64,000 nt of DNA, from assembly GCF_009914755.1 (NCBI RefSeq), contig NC_060926.1; one strand, 5' to 3'. Made by a program: the position numbers and the translations under genes. Below the pieces are notes generated by a model that was given only the letters and a program-made list of their open reading frames with translations, was not told the origin of the DNA and ran no database searches. Numbering within the stretch: the stretch's first letter is position 1; each line of letters starts with the position of its first letter. The stretch is from the human T2T-CHM13v2.0 reference genome, Homo sapiens. This document shows positions 27,254 to 43,217 of the stretch, one piece after another.

Positions 27254-28399
27254 CTGAATTAATATTTTAAAAGGGCAGACGACTTCATGGACACAATAGA
27301 TCATGGATAAATCAATCTTTCTAGTTGAGTGTAACTCTATGGACAAAGAGAGAATGGTTTTGAAGTATTTTGGAAGTACAAACAATGTAAATAAAAAAAT
27401 ACGCAGTATGCCTTAAGAAAAAAGAATGGTCCCCAGATATGAAAGATTTCAATGTAGCAAGATTGACTTCATTGGCATATCTAAAAGAAGAATGTTTTAA
27501 TCTGTAGGGGAATGTAGTGCGCCATAGAAGCAAAGTAAATGAGACTTACAGGCAGAAAACACTGTTAGCCCTCACTCAAGGACAGCACAGAGAGAATGAA
27601 GGAGAATGAAGATTTAACCTTATATTTTCCATTGCCTAGTCCTTTGGGCAGGCGTTGCCAATATTGAGATAGTGACAAGGAATGGAGGATCAATGCACAT
27701 TGAAAAGCCACCCCTGTTGCTAGATGAGATGAGTCCTCATCTAGCCTTCATCTCAGATGAAGCCAGTGTATAGTCAGTCCCTCTAATTCCATCCAACCAC
27801 ACACAATGTTTTGCCTGATTCCAGCTTAATAAAGAGACTTCAAAATTATTCTCTATATTATTGCCTAAAAAAGGTTTGCCTGCACAGAGAGAATTTTCTG
27901 CTCATCACAGTCTTTGAGCATTTGAATTATAGTGACAATAATTTCTCACTACAATTTAATGAATCAAAATTCTGATTTTATGTATCAATCAAATAGGATA
28001 GGCCAACATGAGTCTGCATTTGGGAAATGAAATTATTCTCTGTAAGTCCGTAAAATCAGGTTTGTGAGTCTCTGAAAAGTAGGATCCAGACTGTGAAACA
28101 TGGTGAATCCACGAAGCCAGCAAATATCTTACTTTCTCCCTCCCTGGCTCCTCAAAGCCACTTACCAGGGAACCTGTTTGGTTTATCAGGTGGAAATTTT
28201 CCTAACAGAAACACACATTATTCCATGTCTATTCATGTGTCTCTTGGTTTTGTCCTCGGGGGCCTTGGTTGCATGCTTTGGGTCATCCTACCTTTTTCTT
28301 GAAAAATAGCCTGTATTTGAAGAAGTGGCTTTCTCATTTGTTTTCCTGCCTTTGGGTCATTAATTTAGGAAAGGCACAGCAGGAATGGGCTCCTCACTT

Positions 28400-28919
28400 C
28401 TCACAATGAGAATATCACATACTTTCTGGGCTACAGCTGAGAATATTCAAGTATCTGGGAGTAACTCAAATGGATGGAAACAGAAATCAATTGGAGGCTA
28501 CTTCAACATCTGGCATGTGGGCAGGAGTGCCCTGAAGGCTAGGCTGAGCTGAGATTACTTTACAGAGCACCTACACGTGGTCTCTCCATATTGCTTGGGA
28601 TTCTCACAACATAGAAGCTACATTTCAAGAAGAATCATTCCAAGACAACAGGTGAAAGATCTAAGCCTTCTTCTGACCTATCTTTGAAAGTCATGCAACT
28701 TCACTTCTATCACATCATACTGTCCATTATAATCTGAAGTCTTGTATATTTTATGGAATTTTTATTCTGTGAATAGAATTCAAAGTAAATCCCTGAGTCC
28801 AGCTGTTTCAAGGGGAGAGAAAGTAGATTCCACTCCTTTAACAAAGAATAGGAAGTTACATCACTAAATAGAAGGTCAGTAAGGAGATATTGTTAGGCTA
28901 TCTTTGCAACTATGTCACA
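28400..28919 (-). mobile_element. Old MaLR LTR (MLT1G/H-like)
   Basis: AGAGCACCTACACGTGGTCTCTCCA, GAAAGTCATGCAACTTCACTTCT, TTCAAGGGGAGAGAAAGTAGATTCCACTCCTT. Confidence 0.72.
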
Positions 28920-29094
28920 GACCATTTAATAAAATTGTCAAACAAGGAGAAAAAATATGAGGAAAGTGACTTTAAATGCCATAAGCTTATAAAGAAAAGA
29001 AAGGCTGCTAAGAAACTGAACTGTAGCTTAGAAAAGAAGTTATTTGTTCGAGTTTCACATTTCCTATACTTTGCTACAATATTCTGTCCCTAAA

Positions 29095-31594
<2,500 letters not shown>

Positions 31595-33644
31595 GAATGT
31601 TCATAAGTGTCAATATAAAATAACACACTGGGGCCACCATAGAATAATTCTTGACACGCTATTTCTCATAGAACTAGGCATATTTTGCCTTTAGTAAGAG
31701 ATAGGGAAATATAAATTCACCTGGGGAGAGTCAACTCCTTTTTTTTTTTTTTTTTTTATCCTGCCACTGAAGATTGGTTTATTGTCCATTTAAAAGACAT
31801 GTCACACTTTGGCAACCAAGCGAGACCAGGATCAGCCTCTTAGGAAAAATAATAAAATTGGTTAATCAGACAGGGTTCTGGTCAAGATGCTGCAAGATAT
31901 AGAACTGTGCATTGCTGGGGGTTGGGAAGTATTGGGAATGATCATCCATCATGGCAAGATCCAAATTACAAAGTATATGAACACATAGGTATTTGGGTTA
32001 AACACTGCCCAAAGTGCTTTCTTTGTTGGTGCTGTTAAAAGCCTTTAAAAAGCTAACCAGATGGCAAATGAGTGCTGTGGAGAGGCAAGAAATTCCCAGT
32101 AGTGGAAAAGTTTGGCTAAATGTGCCTTTTGTAAGTATAGTGCTTTCTTAACTATTCAATTGTTTATTCAGTGTTTCTTAAAACTTGGTGTCTTCACTGA
32201 ACACAAAAGGTAAATGCTGGGTTACACTACCTGAGTCATGCAGTTTCTCTAAATCTAGATCCAGGTTGTAACTGAAGGGGAAAGTCTGGCTAGTTTTTCA
32301 GTCTTTGAGTCTTGGACTTAATAATTGATTAATGAAGTCTGACTTCAAACTCCTAGGATTCCTTTACCTTGGCCATATGGTCAGAACTTCCCATCAATGA
32401 CTATTTCCCCATTAGTTATCCTGTTGTATAATTCCCAGTTCAGTCTTTATACTGATAAGTTGAGGATCATGATGATCAGAATAAAATCACAGACAGATGA
32501 TAATTTGGCCATTGAAATTTGAAATTGTATGCTTTTTGTGGATATACAGAAATAACCAGAATCCCAAAGCTTTCCTTGCCATAATGCTTTGTTTCTTTTT
32601 CCACAGAGCATTACATCTCTGAGATTACAGTTGGATTTTTGTCTTATTCCCATGCCAAAACTGAAATGTTTACAAAAGAGCCTAAAAAAGTATGCTAGAG
32701 AGATAAGTTAGCTGAGTTCACAAGTTCAAGGAGCACAAAGGCAGGAATATGCCAAAAGATGTTTTAAAATCCATATCTGAATAAAAAGCTAATATCTTCA
32801 TAAATGTGTATAGCAGATCAAAAGCATTCTTACCAATAAACTAAATATAATTTGTTCTCTGTTATGAGAGAATAAAATATTTTGTTTCTAACAGCATTAA
32901 ACTGTCATTGAGAGTTTTACTAAGAAAATGGTTATCATTTCCACAAGGTATTCATCGTTATTTTTATGATAGACATGTTACTGTATTTACACCAATCCTT
33001 ACTAGAGTTGGTATGGAAAAGCAAAAACAGTGGAAGAATGTTCTGAAACCCATATGAGATACATATCACCTGAGACTTCTTCTTTAAGGCCATATAGATT
33101 AGATATTGGCTTATGAACAGCATTTTCTTATCTGTTCCGGTATTTATAGCCAGTTCACGAGTGCTGTCCTCTCCAACTCCATCTCTACATCTCAACTCCA
33201 TCTTTTGCCTTTTACTAAAAAATAGTCTTGAATACATGTTTTCATTATATCAATAAAACCCCTCACCTCTGAGGTAAATATAATGGTTTAAGGTGGCCAG
33301 TTCTGGTATGGTTTGAATGGAAATGAAAAATTCTTGTCAGTCTACTCACCAAGTGAGTCTTCTCACCAAGCCAAAGGTGCAAATGAGTCCCAGTGAAACT
33401 TCCAGGGACTCTTTTAAAATCATTCCAGGACATGTAGGTGTCCTGCATGTGTCCTTAAATATCCTTGGTGAGGTAGTCTAGAAACGCCATCTTAAAAAGT
33501 GGCCAAACTGAAAGAGTAGCAAAGCTTGCAGCATATTACCCACAAAGATGATGCAAAAAAACATGATGCTACCCAGTCGCAACTTGGGCAGCTTTAATTC
33601 ACTACAATTATTGCCTTGTCCCTTCTGCAGTGACTTTCTCTGCA

Positions 33645-35390
33645 TTCCACTCATTTATTCTACAAATATTGTTGAAGTGTCTTCTATTTTTCAGACACTG
33701 TTCTGGGAACTTGGGATATGATCAATGATCAGAGCAAAGATCCTTGCTGTCATTGAGCATTCACAAATAGATCAGAGTGAAGTGAGAAAGCCCTCAGTAA
33801 TCATAAATGTAATAAATAAGCCATATGACATTTGAAATGATGTCAAGTACTGTGTTAAGAAAAGAGTGAAGTCTTTGAAGGTGCAGGGGCTGGGGCAAAT
33901 AACACTTTTAAATAAGGTGCTCATGATAGGTCTCATTGAGAAGATAAAAGTAAAGCAAAGATTCAAAGGGTTAACAGTAAATTAGGTGTACGTGGAAAGA
34001 CACTGACATCATTAGCTTTCAGGGAAATGTAAATCAAAACCACAATGAGATACCCTTGCACACTTTTATAATGGCTATAGTCAAAAAGACAGACAATAGC
34101 AAGTGTTGACAAGGATGGGAAGAAAGGCACCTGCATTTACTACTGGTGGAGATGTTAAATTCATAGCTGTTTGGAAAATTGTCTGGTAGTTCCTCCAGAG
34201 TTACACACACCCACCCTGTGTTCCATCAAGTTTATTCTTAGGTATATGCCAAAGAGGAATGGAAACCTAGGTCCACACAAAATTTGTAGATGAATGCTCA
34301 TCGCTGCATTATCCATTATAGTCAATAAGTGAATGACCCAAATATTTTTCAACTAATTAATGGATAAATAAAATGTGGTATATCAATATAGTGAGATATT
34401 CTTTGGCAAAGAAAAGAGGTACTGACATATGCTGCAAAATGGATGAATCTAGAAAACATTATGCTAAGTAAACTAAATTGGTCAATAAGCACCCCATATT
34501 ATATGACTCTGCTTATATAAAATAACCACAGTAGGAAAATCCACAGAGATAGAAAGTGAATTGTTAGGTTCCTAGGGCTGGGAATGGAAGGGCATGGGCA
34601 GTGATTGCTAGTAGTTATGGAATTTCTCTTGTGCTGATAGTTGCACAACTCCGTGAATGTACTAAAAATCATTGAATTGTATACTTTAGATGGTTTAGTT
34701 ATATATGTCAGTAAAGCTGTCATGTGTGTATACATATATGTACACATAAATATATAAGATGATCCATAAGGTGGGTATTTCAGAAGATGAAAAGAGAGCA
34801 TTTTAGGCAAAGTGAACAGCTAGAGCAAAAACTCACGTCCAGAGAGGGAGAAGAGGGAGGGCGGCCAGTGTGGCTGATGGAGATAAGAGTGAGCAGGATA
34901 ACAGGAAGAGAGGGCAGAGAGGGCTTGGGGAGCTAGACCATGTAGAACTAGTAGGTTCCAGCAATGAATATGGTTCTTATTCTGGATAAAATGAGGGAGC
35001 GCTGCACATGTTTGAGGAGAAGTGTGCCATGATATAAATCATGTTTTCAAGAGGATATCCTTGATCTCCCAAGACCTTTCCCAAGGATAGATACAGAGCA
35101 ATCTGTCAGGAGGCTATGAGATAACCCAGGCAATAAGTTAGAATCTATAGGATTTGTTGGTGGATTGATGTCAGAGATGGAAGAAAGTGAGGGATCAAGG
35201 ATGACTCCAAAGTTTTTTGTTTGGGCAACTGGCAGGATGGAAATACCAGCAACACGAGGAAGAAAGATACAGATGGAGAAGTGTGAGAGGGGCAGAAACC
35301 AGGGATTTGGCATACAGAACATTAAGTTCCATATGCTCTAGTAAATGTCCAAGTAGAGATATTGAAGAGGCAGGTGTTGCAAAAGTTTGA
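33645..35390 (-). mobile_element. L2 fragment interrupted by an L1MB
   Basis: Antisense L2 tail CATTCCACTCATTTATTC...CAGACACTGTTCTGGG (to ~33990), resuming at ~34760 (GAGCATTTTAGGCAAAGTGAACAGC; GATCAAGGATGACTCCAAAGTTTT). Confidence 0.8.
33995..34720 (+). mobile_element. Old L1 (L1MB-like) ORF2 end and 3' UTR
   Basis: AGGGAAATGTAAATCAAAACCACAATGAGATAC...GGATAAATAAAATGTGGTATATC...TTGCACAACTCCGTGAATGTACTAAAA. Confidence 0.88.
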
Positions 35391-35461
35391 ACCTTGCTGT
35401 ATTTTATCCTTTTATAGTCACCTTAATGGCCAGAAATCACAGTTCAAATTTTCTTTAAAGA

Positions 35462-35748
<287 letters not shown>

Positions 35749-35894
35749 TTCTTAAAAGATAGTTAAAGTTCCTCAAGATTAAGAGAAAAATCGATTTAGA
35801 TTGCACTCCTATAACTAAACCAAAATGTTGCAAATTCCCAAGTGATGAGAATTGTTATAATCATGATGTTGGCACTAAAAATAAAATATAATAG

Positions 35895-36080
35895 TAATGA
35901 TGATTTTTAGAGCACATATTATGTGTATTTCATTGACATTATGTCTCATTCAACTACTCCTCATGAAAGTATCAGGATGCAGAAAAGTAAGTTACCGATC
36001 TTGCTCAACCACACAAAGCTAAATGAGTGGTTAAGCCAAGATTTGAACACAAATCTGTCTAACACTGTTCAACACTTCCA
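35895..36080 (-). mobile_element. MIR
   Basis: TCTTGCTCAACCACACAAAGCTAAATGAGTGG...CCAAGATTTGAACACAAATCTGTCT. Confidence 0.7.
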
Positions 36081-37939
36081 TTCTTACCCAAAACTGCACT
36101 GCAATATGAAATATTAAAATATATGGAAGTGCTTTAAATTACTTTTAGCATGACACATGTCTAAACTATAATCATTGAGCTTGGAAACCTAAACAGTATT
36201 ACTCTTGGTGATAACAGCAGCAAAATACCTCTCTAATGGACCGTCTGGCTCTACTGCCATTAAGACTTTGTGTCATAAAGAGAAGAACTTTCAAAATAGC
36301 CAGCTCCCTTTGCCTTATTGGCCAAAAAAAAAAAAAAGGAATTTTTAATAGCGAATAATAACAAAAAGATATAGATAGAAACAAAGGCAAAGTTTAGAGA
36401 AAAGAGAAATCTTACCAGAAAAACAGAAGAAAGCTGGCTGGTTGAGGCATAAAATTAAATATAAAGTAATAACACATATTTAAGAGAAAATACATTTATT
36501 TTCAGGTACAGATTTAAAACAATTTTAAAAATTAGCCAGAGAAATGTTTGTGCTATTGGAGATTCATAAATTAGACAAAACTGGAAGTCAAGTGTCCTGA
36601 CATTAACAACATGCATTTATCTATTACTGATAATAGATTACCCGAGAGAAACCTTAAACCCGGGAGCCAGCAACTCAAAAGAAAATTAAGAAAATAAATT
36701 AAAAGTGAAATTCTTAGTGTTGAAAAGACTACAGGGAAGTAGAAAAGAGGAAAGCTTTAAGTTAGGAAAGCATAAAGAAGACAAAATTAAAGAGATGATT
36801 ATAGGTACAAAATTAGCACTTCCCAAAGCATATGCCATAGTTTAAAATATCAGTTTAAATAATAATTTAGAAGTTTGCTTTTTTAAAAATATCTTGGTGC
36901 TTATCCAGTGATTCTCCCTGAAATTTCTCTAGGCACGCCCTGGGACTGCAAAGGACATCAGCCAGCTCCACACCCAGACGCTAAACACATCTCCACTGGA
37001 CATCTGACCGCTACCAAAAAGGATTCACTTGACATTTTGTTGTGTGATTGCAAAATGTATTTACTTATTTATTTGCTAACTGAAAGACAAATTGTTTCTT
37101 GAATACGATGGGCCTCCTAGGATAAATTTGGCCTATTATACACTTAGTCAAGTCCATTTTCTTTTAATTATTTGGTTTGCATTCTCACGGAAAATAAATC
37201 TAGTGCACAAACAGCAAGTCTTAAAAAGATCCTTGCCATCTGATATAAAGCAAGCTGGCAGGAACAATATTTACAAAGCGCCCATATTATGGCCATGTGG
37301 TAGCACATCCAAGAAATTGGTTATTATATTCAAATTGTTATTTGATGATGATGGTGATGATTTTCATAATACTTATTGCACTGAATCAACATCTCTCCAA
37401 TATGATATGCAACCAATCTCTTCTATTTATTAATGGATGAAGTTAAATCTCAATATCTATAGGAATCTCTATGAAAGATGAGCTGATTACAGCAGGCAAT
37501 TTTTTTAAGCAATCAGTTGCCAAACACAAAAGCCCATTCTGGCTAATGAAAGCACAAAAATAAATTATGAAGATAGTTTGGGGGTACTCACTTAATCAAA
37601 TAGAAAGTTGAACAATTAGGTCCGGGGAGGACAGGCTCCAGGGCAGCTCAGAAAGTCTTAGTTCCAGAAAGTCTGGGGGAAAATGATGTACATATCAAAG
37701 CTTGGGTCTTATGTTCAACTTTGGAGGAGAGGCAGGTCAGGGAGATCATTCTGGGATTCAAAGTCCCCGTGGACCACATGGAACAGATAAAGGGATATTT
37801 TCCCCCACTCCCCCATGGAGAAATGATGTTTTATAATGAGAATAAGGAGAGAGAAATGCTGGCAGGACAAACAACAGATAATGGTACTCGCCTCCTTTAC
37901 TCTGGCACTTGCATTTATAAGTGACAAGTTCTGTCTACT

Positions 37940-38222
37940 TCAGTGCCTTCACAAGTTGTTAGCCCCCCTGCCTGGAATCTTAGCTTGGCTGGGCCCATTA
38001 CATCATTTAGGATTCAGCTAAATGCCCCCCCATACAGAGAGCTCTTTCCTGATTATCCTATCCAAGTATCCCCACTGCGCAGTCACTTCCCAGATCCCAA
38101 GATCCTCCCTTATTTACTTCAATGCACTCATCCGTACCTGACTTATCAGATGCTCTACTGAGATACAGACTCCATGACAGCATGGATAGTCTTGAAAGTC
38201 CAGGATGAATGAATAAATGAAC
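37940..38222 (+). mobile_element. L2 3' end
   Basis: CCCTGCCTGGAAT...TCAGCTAAATG...CTCCATGACAGCA...ATGAATGAATAAATGAA. Confidence 0.7.
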
Positions 38223-40289
38223 AAACCATAAAAAAATGAACTATTAAGGTCATTGGACATGCCTGATAATAGCTTTGCTGACTTCTTGCCTCCTTTTTTG
38301 AGCTCTTTGCCCCACCCTATTGGACAGAAAGCGATGCTCTGACAGCCATGCTATTTAACCCTGCTCTCCGGACTGTTCAACATGGTCAAAGTTTGCATCC
38401 GGATGTTCCATGGCAAGAGTTTGTTTCAGAGAAAAGGAGGCTGAGGATGGGCCAGTTACTGAGCTGGCAGAGTTGATCTCTGGCTCTGTTTCCTGGTGCA
38501 TCTACCTCCTTGTGGGCCCTGGGGCAGGTAATCAACCTCTAAAACGAGAAATGGAGACTGGCCCAGTGACTGGCAATGGGAGTAATACAGGACCCTATGG
38601 AGTATTATGGGAAGCTATAGCAGTGTTTGGTTATTCTTGTTGTTTTTATCTTCTAGTATAGTCATTTACAAGTGGCTACATGTTGTAATGCATAATACTG
38701 TCAGTTAATTTACAAAGACATCTACTTCAAAGTACAGTTTGAAATTATGTTTGTGTGTAGGTGGGTTACACAATCTATTATTATAATGCAGTAAAGAAAA
38801 CCTCTCAAAATATTTGTTTTTTAAAAAAGGCATGGGATTTAGTGGCTGGATAATCAAGAGACCAGGCGGTCTCTACGGTGAAACACAAAACACTCTACTT
38901 TCTATCTCCTCTTCCACAAGGTCGCCTCAGCCTGGCATCATGGTCTCATCTGCTGCAAATTCTCACACCGGACACACTCAAGTGCAAAAACAAATGCAAT
39001 GGTCCCGGGGCATGGGGAGGGGGATAGCAGGACTCGTCCACCAGCCAATTGCGACAATGTGTGGCATCTTGACAGCTCCCTTCTCCAATATAGACCTCCA
39101 TCTATGCTCTCCCCTGTTCTCTCTCTCCACCACTGTCCTCCAGACATAAGCAATCTACTCTGAGCCTCATCTACCTTCAGGATGCTTACCATCACTTTAC
39201 CTTTTCTATTCTCACTGCCACCATCACTGAGGATAATACGGGAGCCGAGAGTTCTGCATTAAGTAAATAGCACCGTGGCTTGTACTCTGGACAGTAAAAG
39301 CTCTTGTCTTCTTCTACTTCATTCCACCTGCCAGAATGTTTCTTCTAAACCACGAATCTTATTTTATCACTTTTTCAAAACCTTTTAAGTGCTTCCAAGA
39401 GCTACAGTGAAGTCTAGCTCTCCAGACTGCCCACTGCTCCAGACAAAGCCTCCTCCAGATGAAGCCTCCTGGTGTAAGATTTGAAGCCAAGCAGAGCTTG
39501 ATGTCTGGCAGTTACTTATAGTCTAAAATATACTAAATATGATTTTCTGTAGGAAAAGGAGATTTTCCTCATCGTGCTAGGTTTTATGTTTTATCTCTCT
39601 GATGATGACCTTATGAAAGTCCCTAATTCATCCTGTAGCTTTATACTTCTCTGACAAACCAGTGGTAACCATGCAGATTAATCAGAGATCTGCATTCCTT
39701 TTTTCTCTTAGAGAGTGCTAATAAAGAATGAAATCTCCTAAAGAAGGGCACTAAAGCAAACAAAAATGAAAGCACCCGAAGTATCTGCCCCATGTAGATG
39801 CCATGCCCTATGCAAATTGCAAAGGCGATGCATACTCTTAGACCGCTCTGAAGGGGTGGTTCTGAATGTCACTGGAACAAACGTGCTTGCAGCTGGGGCC
39901 TGGGCCTTGCTTGCCAGGAAAGATTTTCATTATCGTAGTGTTGACTGTGCTTTGATTTGATTTGTGCTGTGTGCAAACAGGAGTCTTAGGTTATGGGAAT
40001 CACTTGATAAAGACTTTTTGGCTACTGGCTGATATGAGGCAAATGATATGAGGCAAATAATGTGGGCTCCTGCAGGAAGATGCTCTTTCTCAAAACCTTT
40101 CCGAATACATTTGAAACATATTCATATACATCATTTATCACATATTCAATACTACATTGTAGAAGGGAAAAATCAGGTGTTACAAGGCTTTTATTCCTCA
40201 TCTACTGCCAACTATAGGGTTCAGTTGTATTTGTTAGTTTTTGTCTGCCCGGAATCTTTTTACGTGGGAACTTTCCTTTTACCCATTCT

Positions 40290-40635
40290 CATGGTGGGGC
40301 TGTCAAATCAATGATCCTATGATCAGTCGTCCTCATCAGAGGGGTAGTTCCATGACCCAAGTCAAGCAATTAGTATGTTCCCCTGGTAGGACTTTTGTTA
40401 GATCAATCGGGAAAGATCTGCTTATTTTAATCTGGGACCCTGTGTAGAAAGCCTGCCTGAGATTAAAGCCAATCAAACAGAAAAACCTAAAAGAGAGCAG
40501 GAAAAAGAACAATTGGTGGCATGATTTGACCCTCTGAATCGGACCTTGCCTGAAGCCTGTGACCTTTTTTTATTTTACTTAAGCTAGTTTGAGTTTTGAT
40601 TTATCACTTGCAATCAAAAAGAAATATTAACTAAT
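40290..40635 (+). mobile_element. Old MaLR LTR (MLT1K-like)
   Basis: AGAAAGCCTGCCTGAGA, CCTTGCCTGAAGCC, CTTAAGCTAGTTTGAGTT...TCACTTGCAATCAAAAAGA. Confidence 0.75.
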
Positions 40636-40739
40636 AAATATGGATTAAATATTGACTAGTAATATGGGGAAATAACATTTACTTTAAACCATTGAAAATT
40701 CATCTTCACTCTTTAAGCTCTGTTGTGATACGAAAAAGG

Positions 40740-40920
40740 CTCACTGTAGTGCAGGCATGAACCTACGCATTTAATGTATCAATTAGTCCTTAAAATATGA
40801 AGTAAATACTATCATTATCTCCATTGTTACCTGACGCACAGAGATTTGCTGAACTGCAAAGCTCTCATGCAACTCGTCATTTTCAGAGCTGGAATCCCTT
40901 CCACTCCTCACCATTATGCA
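40740..40920 (-). mobile_element. MIR
   Basis: AGTAAATACTATCATTATCTCCATT...CTGACGCACAGAGA...CAGAGCTGGAAT. Confidence 0.6.
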
Positions 40921-41059
40921 GATTTGCTTTCCGAGATGCCATCAAAACACTGGACTCTTTCTGTGCTCAGTGGCAAGGCTTTTCCAATTCTTCCACACAC
41001 GTGTTTCCCAGTTGCCTTCCTACAGTATTTACAAGCGCATAAGGGAATGACTGGGTGTG

Positions 41060-41260
41060 TTCACTCTAGGCTTCCTCAGATCCGGGTTGAAACTCTGACT
41101 TTATTAATGGCATTACCCGAACCTATGTCTCATTTACCTTTTCTAAAAAGAATAAAATGCCAAAGGCTCATATCTACCCCATGGGTTGCTGTGTGTGTTA
41201 AATGAGTCCATGCACACGAAGGATAGAGCAGACCGTGGCTGGCACTCAGCAAGGCTCAAC
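41060..41260 (+). mobile_element. MIR (copy A of a local duplication)
   Basis: TTACCCGAACCTATGTCTCATTTACC...GGGTTGCTGTG...TTAAATGAG...AGAGCAG...TGGCACTCAGCAAGGCTCAACAAA. Confidence 0.7.
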
Positions 41261-42441
41261 AAAGGCCACCAGCAGGACCCAAATCATATGTCCTGCCAGC
41301 ATGGTCCACCTCTCCAGGAGCGTCCACCACACCTGCCACACACTTCGGGAGCCATCAGTCATCATCTTGGACCAGTGTGAAGTCACTCCTTATGGATTTC
41401 TCCCAATCCATTTTTCTCATCTCAATTCTGCTATTGAAATAAACTTCAATCACGTGTCTTAGAGGCCTGCCCACCACACTTCCTCAGTGCCCATCCATGA
41501 AGCCTTGTCACTACTCAAGCAAGGAGTTCACCTCTGGAGAGCCAAGGGCTTCCTCCTCCCAGTGCTTGTTATCCAAGTTACGGACTCTGTTTTCCTTTTA
41601 CCAAACAACTCAACTGTGCCATTAGATAAAGACTATCTGATTTAGAAACATGGCAGGAGAGGTTACAGAAGCCAAAATTCTTGCAGGGAATGGGATCTGA
41701 CTAGGGTTTCCCAAATCTCATTTACTTGCTGACACCATTATAAGGTAGGTCAGATCCAACCTGATTCAGTCTCTTCTAGTGTAGATTATGGAAACTGGAC
41801 CAGGCAATTTTTCTAAGTGCATGTAGGCTACAATGTACCCTAAGTCTTTTTTTTTAGTGCAGCACGCTAAAGGAAGAATTAAACTACAGGATAACTTACT
41901 CAGAATACATTGAGGCGACCTTGGCTGGATCTGTAACAGTCAGGTAGACACACAGGGAAGGACATCAGGTGCCCACCAGCGTGTGCCAGAGCCATGCTTC
42001 AGCCCTGCTGATGCCCACAGATCCCTCTCCCACTTCTTTCTGCAGGAGTTGTTCACGGGTCACAGAGTCTTTAGTCACCTGATTACCCTATTTAATGCAC
42101 CTTTGCAAAAGCAACAAACAAGCGCTCCTGAGACCTTAGGATCCGGATGCTTTCATAGCTGCCACCTCCAGAGACTGTGTTGGGTTGTGCACACCTCACC
42201 TCTCCACCGATGACTTCCAGATTGATGACACCCTGCCTTTGGCTTTGCCTTGTCCTCAGTTACTGAGCCCACTGTACTTGTGGGCTGACACTCTGCAGAA
42301 ACCATCCCATCATTACAGCGATTTCTACATTTTCCAATTTGTGTGAACTCCTCTGAGGCTTGAAGCATCTAACTTGCATTAAATCTGTGAGGAACTCTGG
42401 TTAAAAATAAAGGGCCTGTGTTTTCAATTATATGATTCATT

Positions 42442-42577
42442 GCATTACCTGAACCTATGTCTCATTTACCTTTTCTAAAAAAAAAAAAAAAAAAAAAAAA
42501 AGCAGTAAGGCTACTACTGGCCCCAAGGGTTGCTGTATTAAATAAGCTCATGCATGTGGAGCACAGAGCAGACCGTG
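42442..42577 (+). mobile_element. MIR (copy B of a local duplication) with ~25-nt poly-A expansion
   Basis: 39/40 identical to 41110-41149 and collinear with copy A downstream. Confidence 0.75.
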
Positions 42578-43217
42578 CTTCTGAGGGTGTTATTTCTAGG
42601 TTGCAGTACATTAATTTTATTATATAAAATTATTATATGATATATAATTATATATTTAGATAAAAATTACATAATAGTCATTAAATGAGTGAACAAGTGA
42701 ACTAATGGTCAGGAGAATAGATAAACAAATGGCTACACAAATAAATGAAGACAGAACCATCCCAGGAGCAGCCCATACCCTGTACCCATTACTGCACTGA
42801 TGACTTACATAGATATTATCTCAATCACGCATGACAACAACCTTCTGAGGCAGGAAACTTTAATTTTGCTTCAATTTTAAAATCAGAGAGCTGAGCTTCA
42901 GTTCATTTACTTTACTTATATTACCTAGAAAGAAAGTACACTTTGCCCACAAAATTTACCTGACTCAAAACGTTTTATTTTTACCACTATTTTGGTGCTT
43001 TTTCCTAATATTGAACTAAGCTACAGCTGCTTTCCCATCCAAATAAAGAGCGAATAGTGTGCCCCCAAAGGCACTGGGAGAATAAATCAAAGCAGCCAGT
43101 GGCAGGATAATTTCCCTTAAAACCTCATATTTTACTTAAAAATTTATGTAAATTTTGCCTTGTACCTCAAAATAGGAATGAATTTTATTATGATCAAGAT
43201 AATGTGGTTTTGCTGTT

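Noticed and set aside
31739-31757. Isolated poly-T suggesting a processed pseudogene tail
   Set aside because: No TSD, no recognisable antisense mRNA or SINE body next to it.
37281-37293. CCATATTATGG resembling the c-fos SRF CArG box
   Set aside because: Seven A/T bases between CC and GG rather than six; isolated motif.
38800-39290. Locally raised GC/CpG with a CCAAT, a possible CpG-island promoter
   Set aside because: CpG density is far too low for an island and part of the stretch appears L2-derived.
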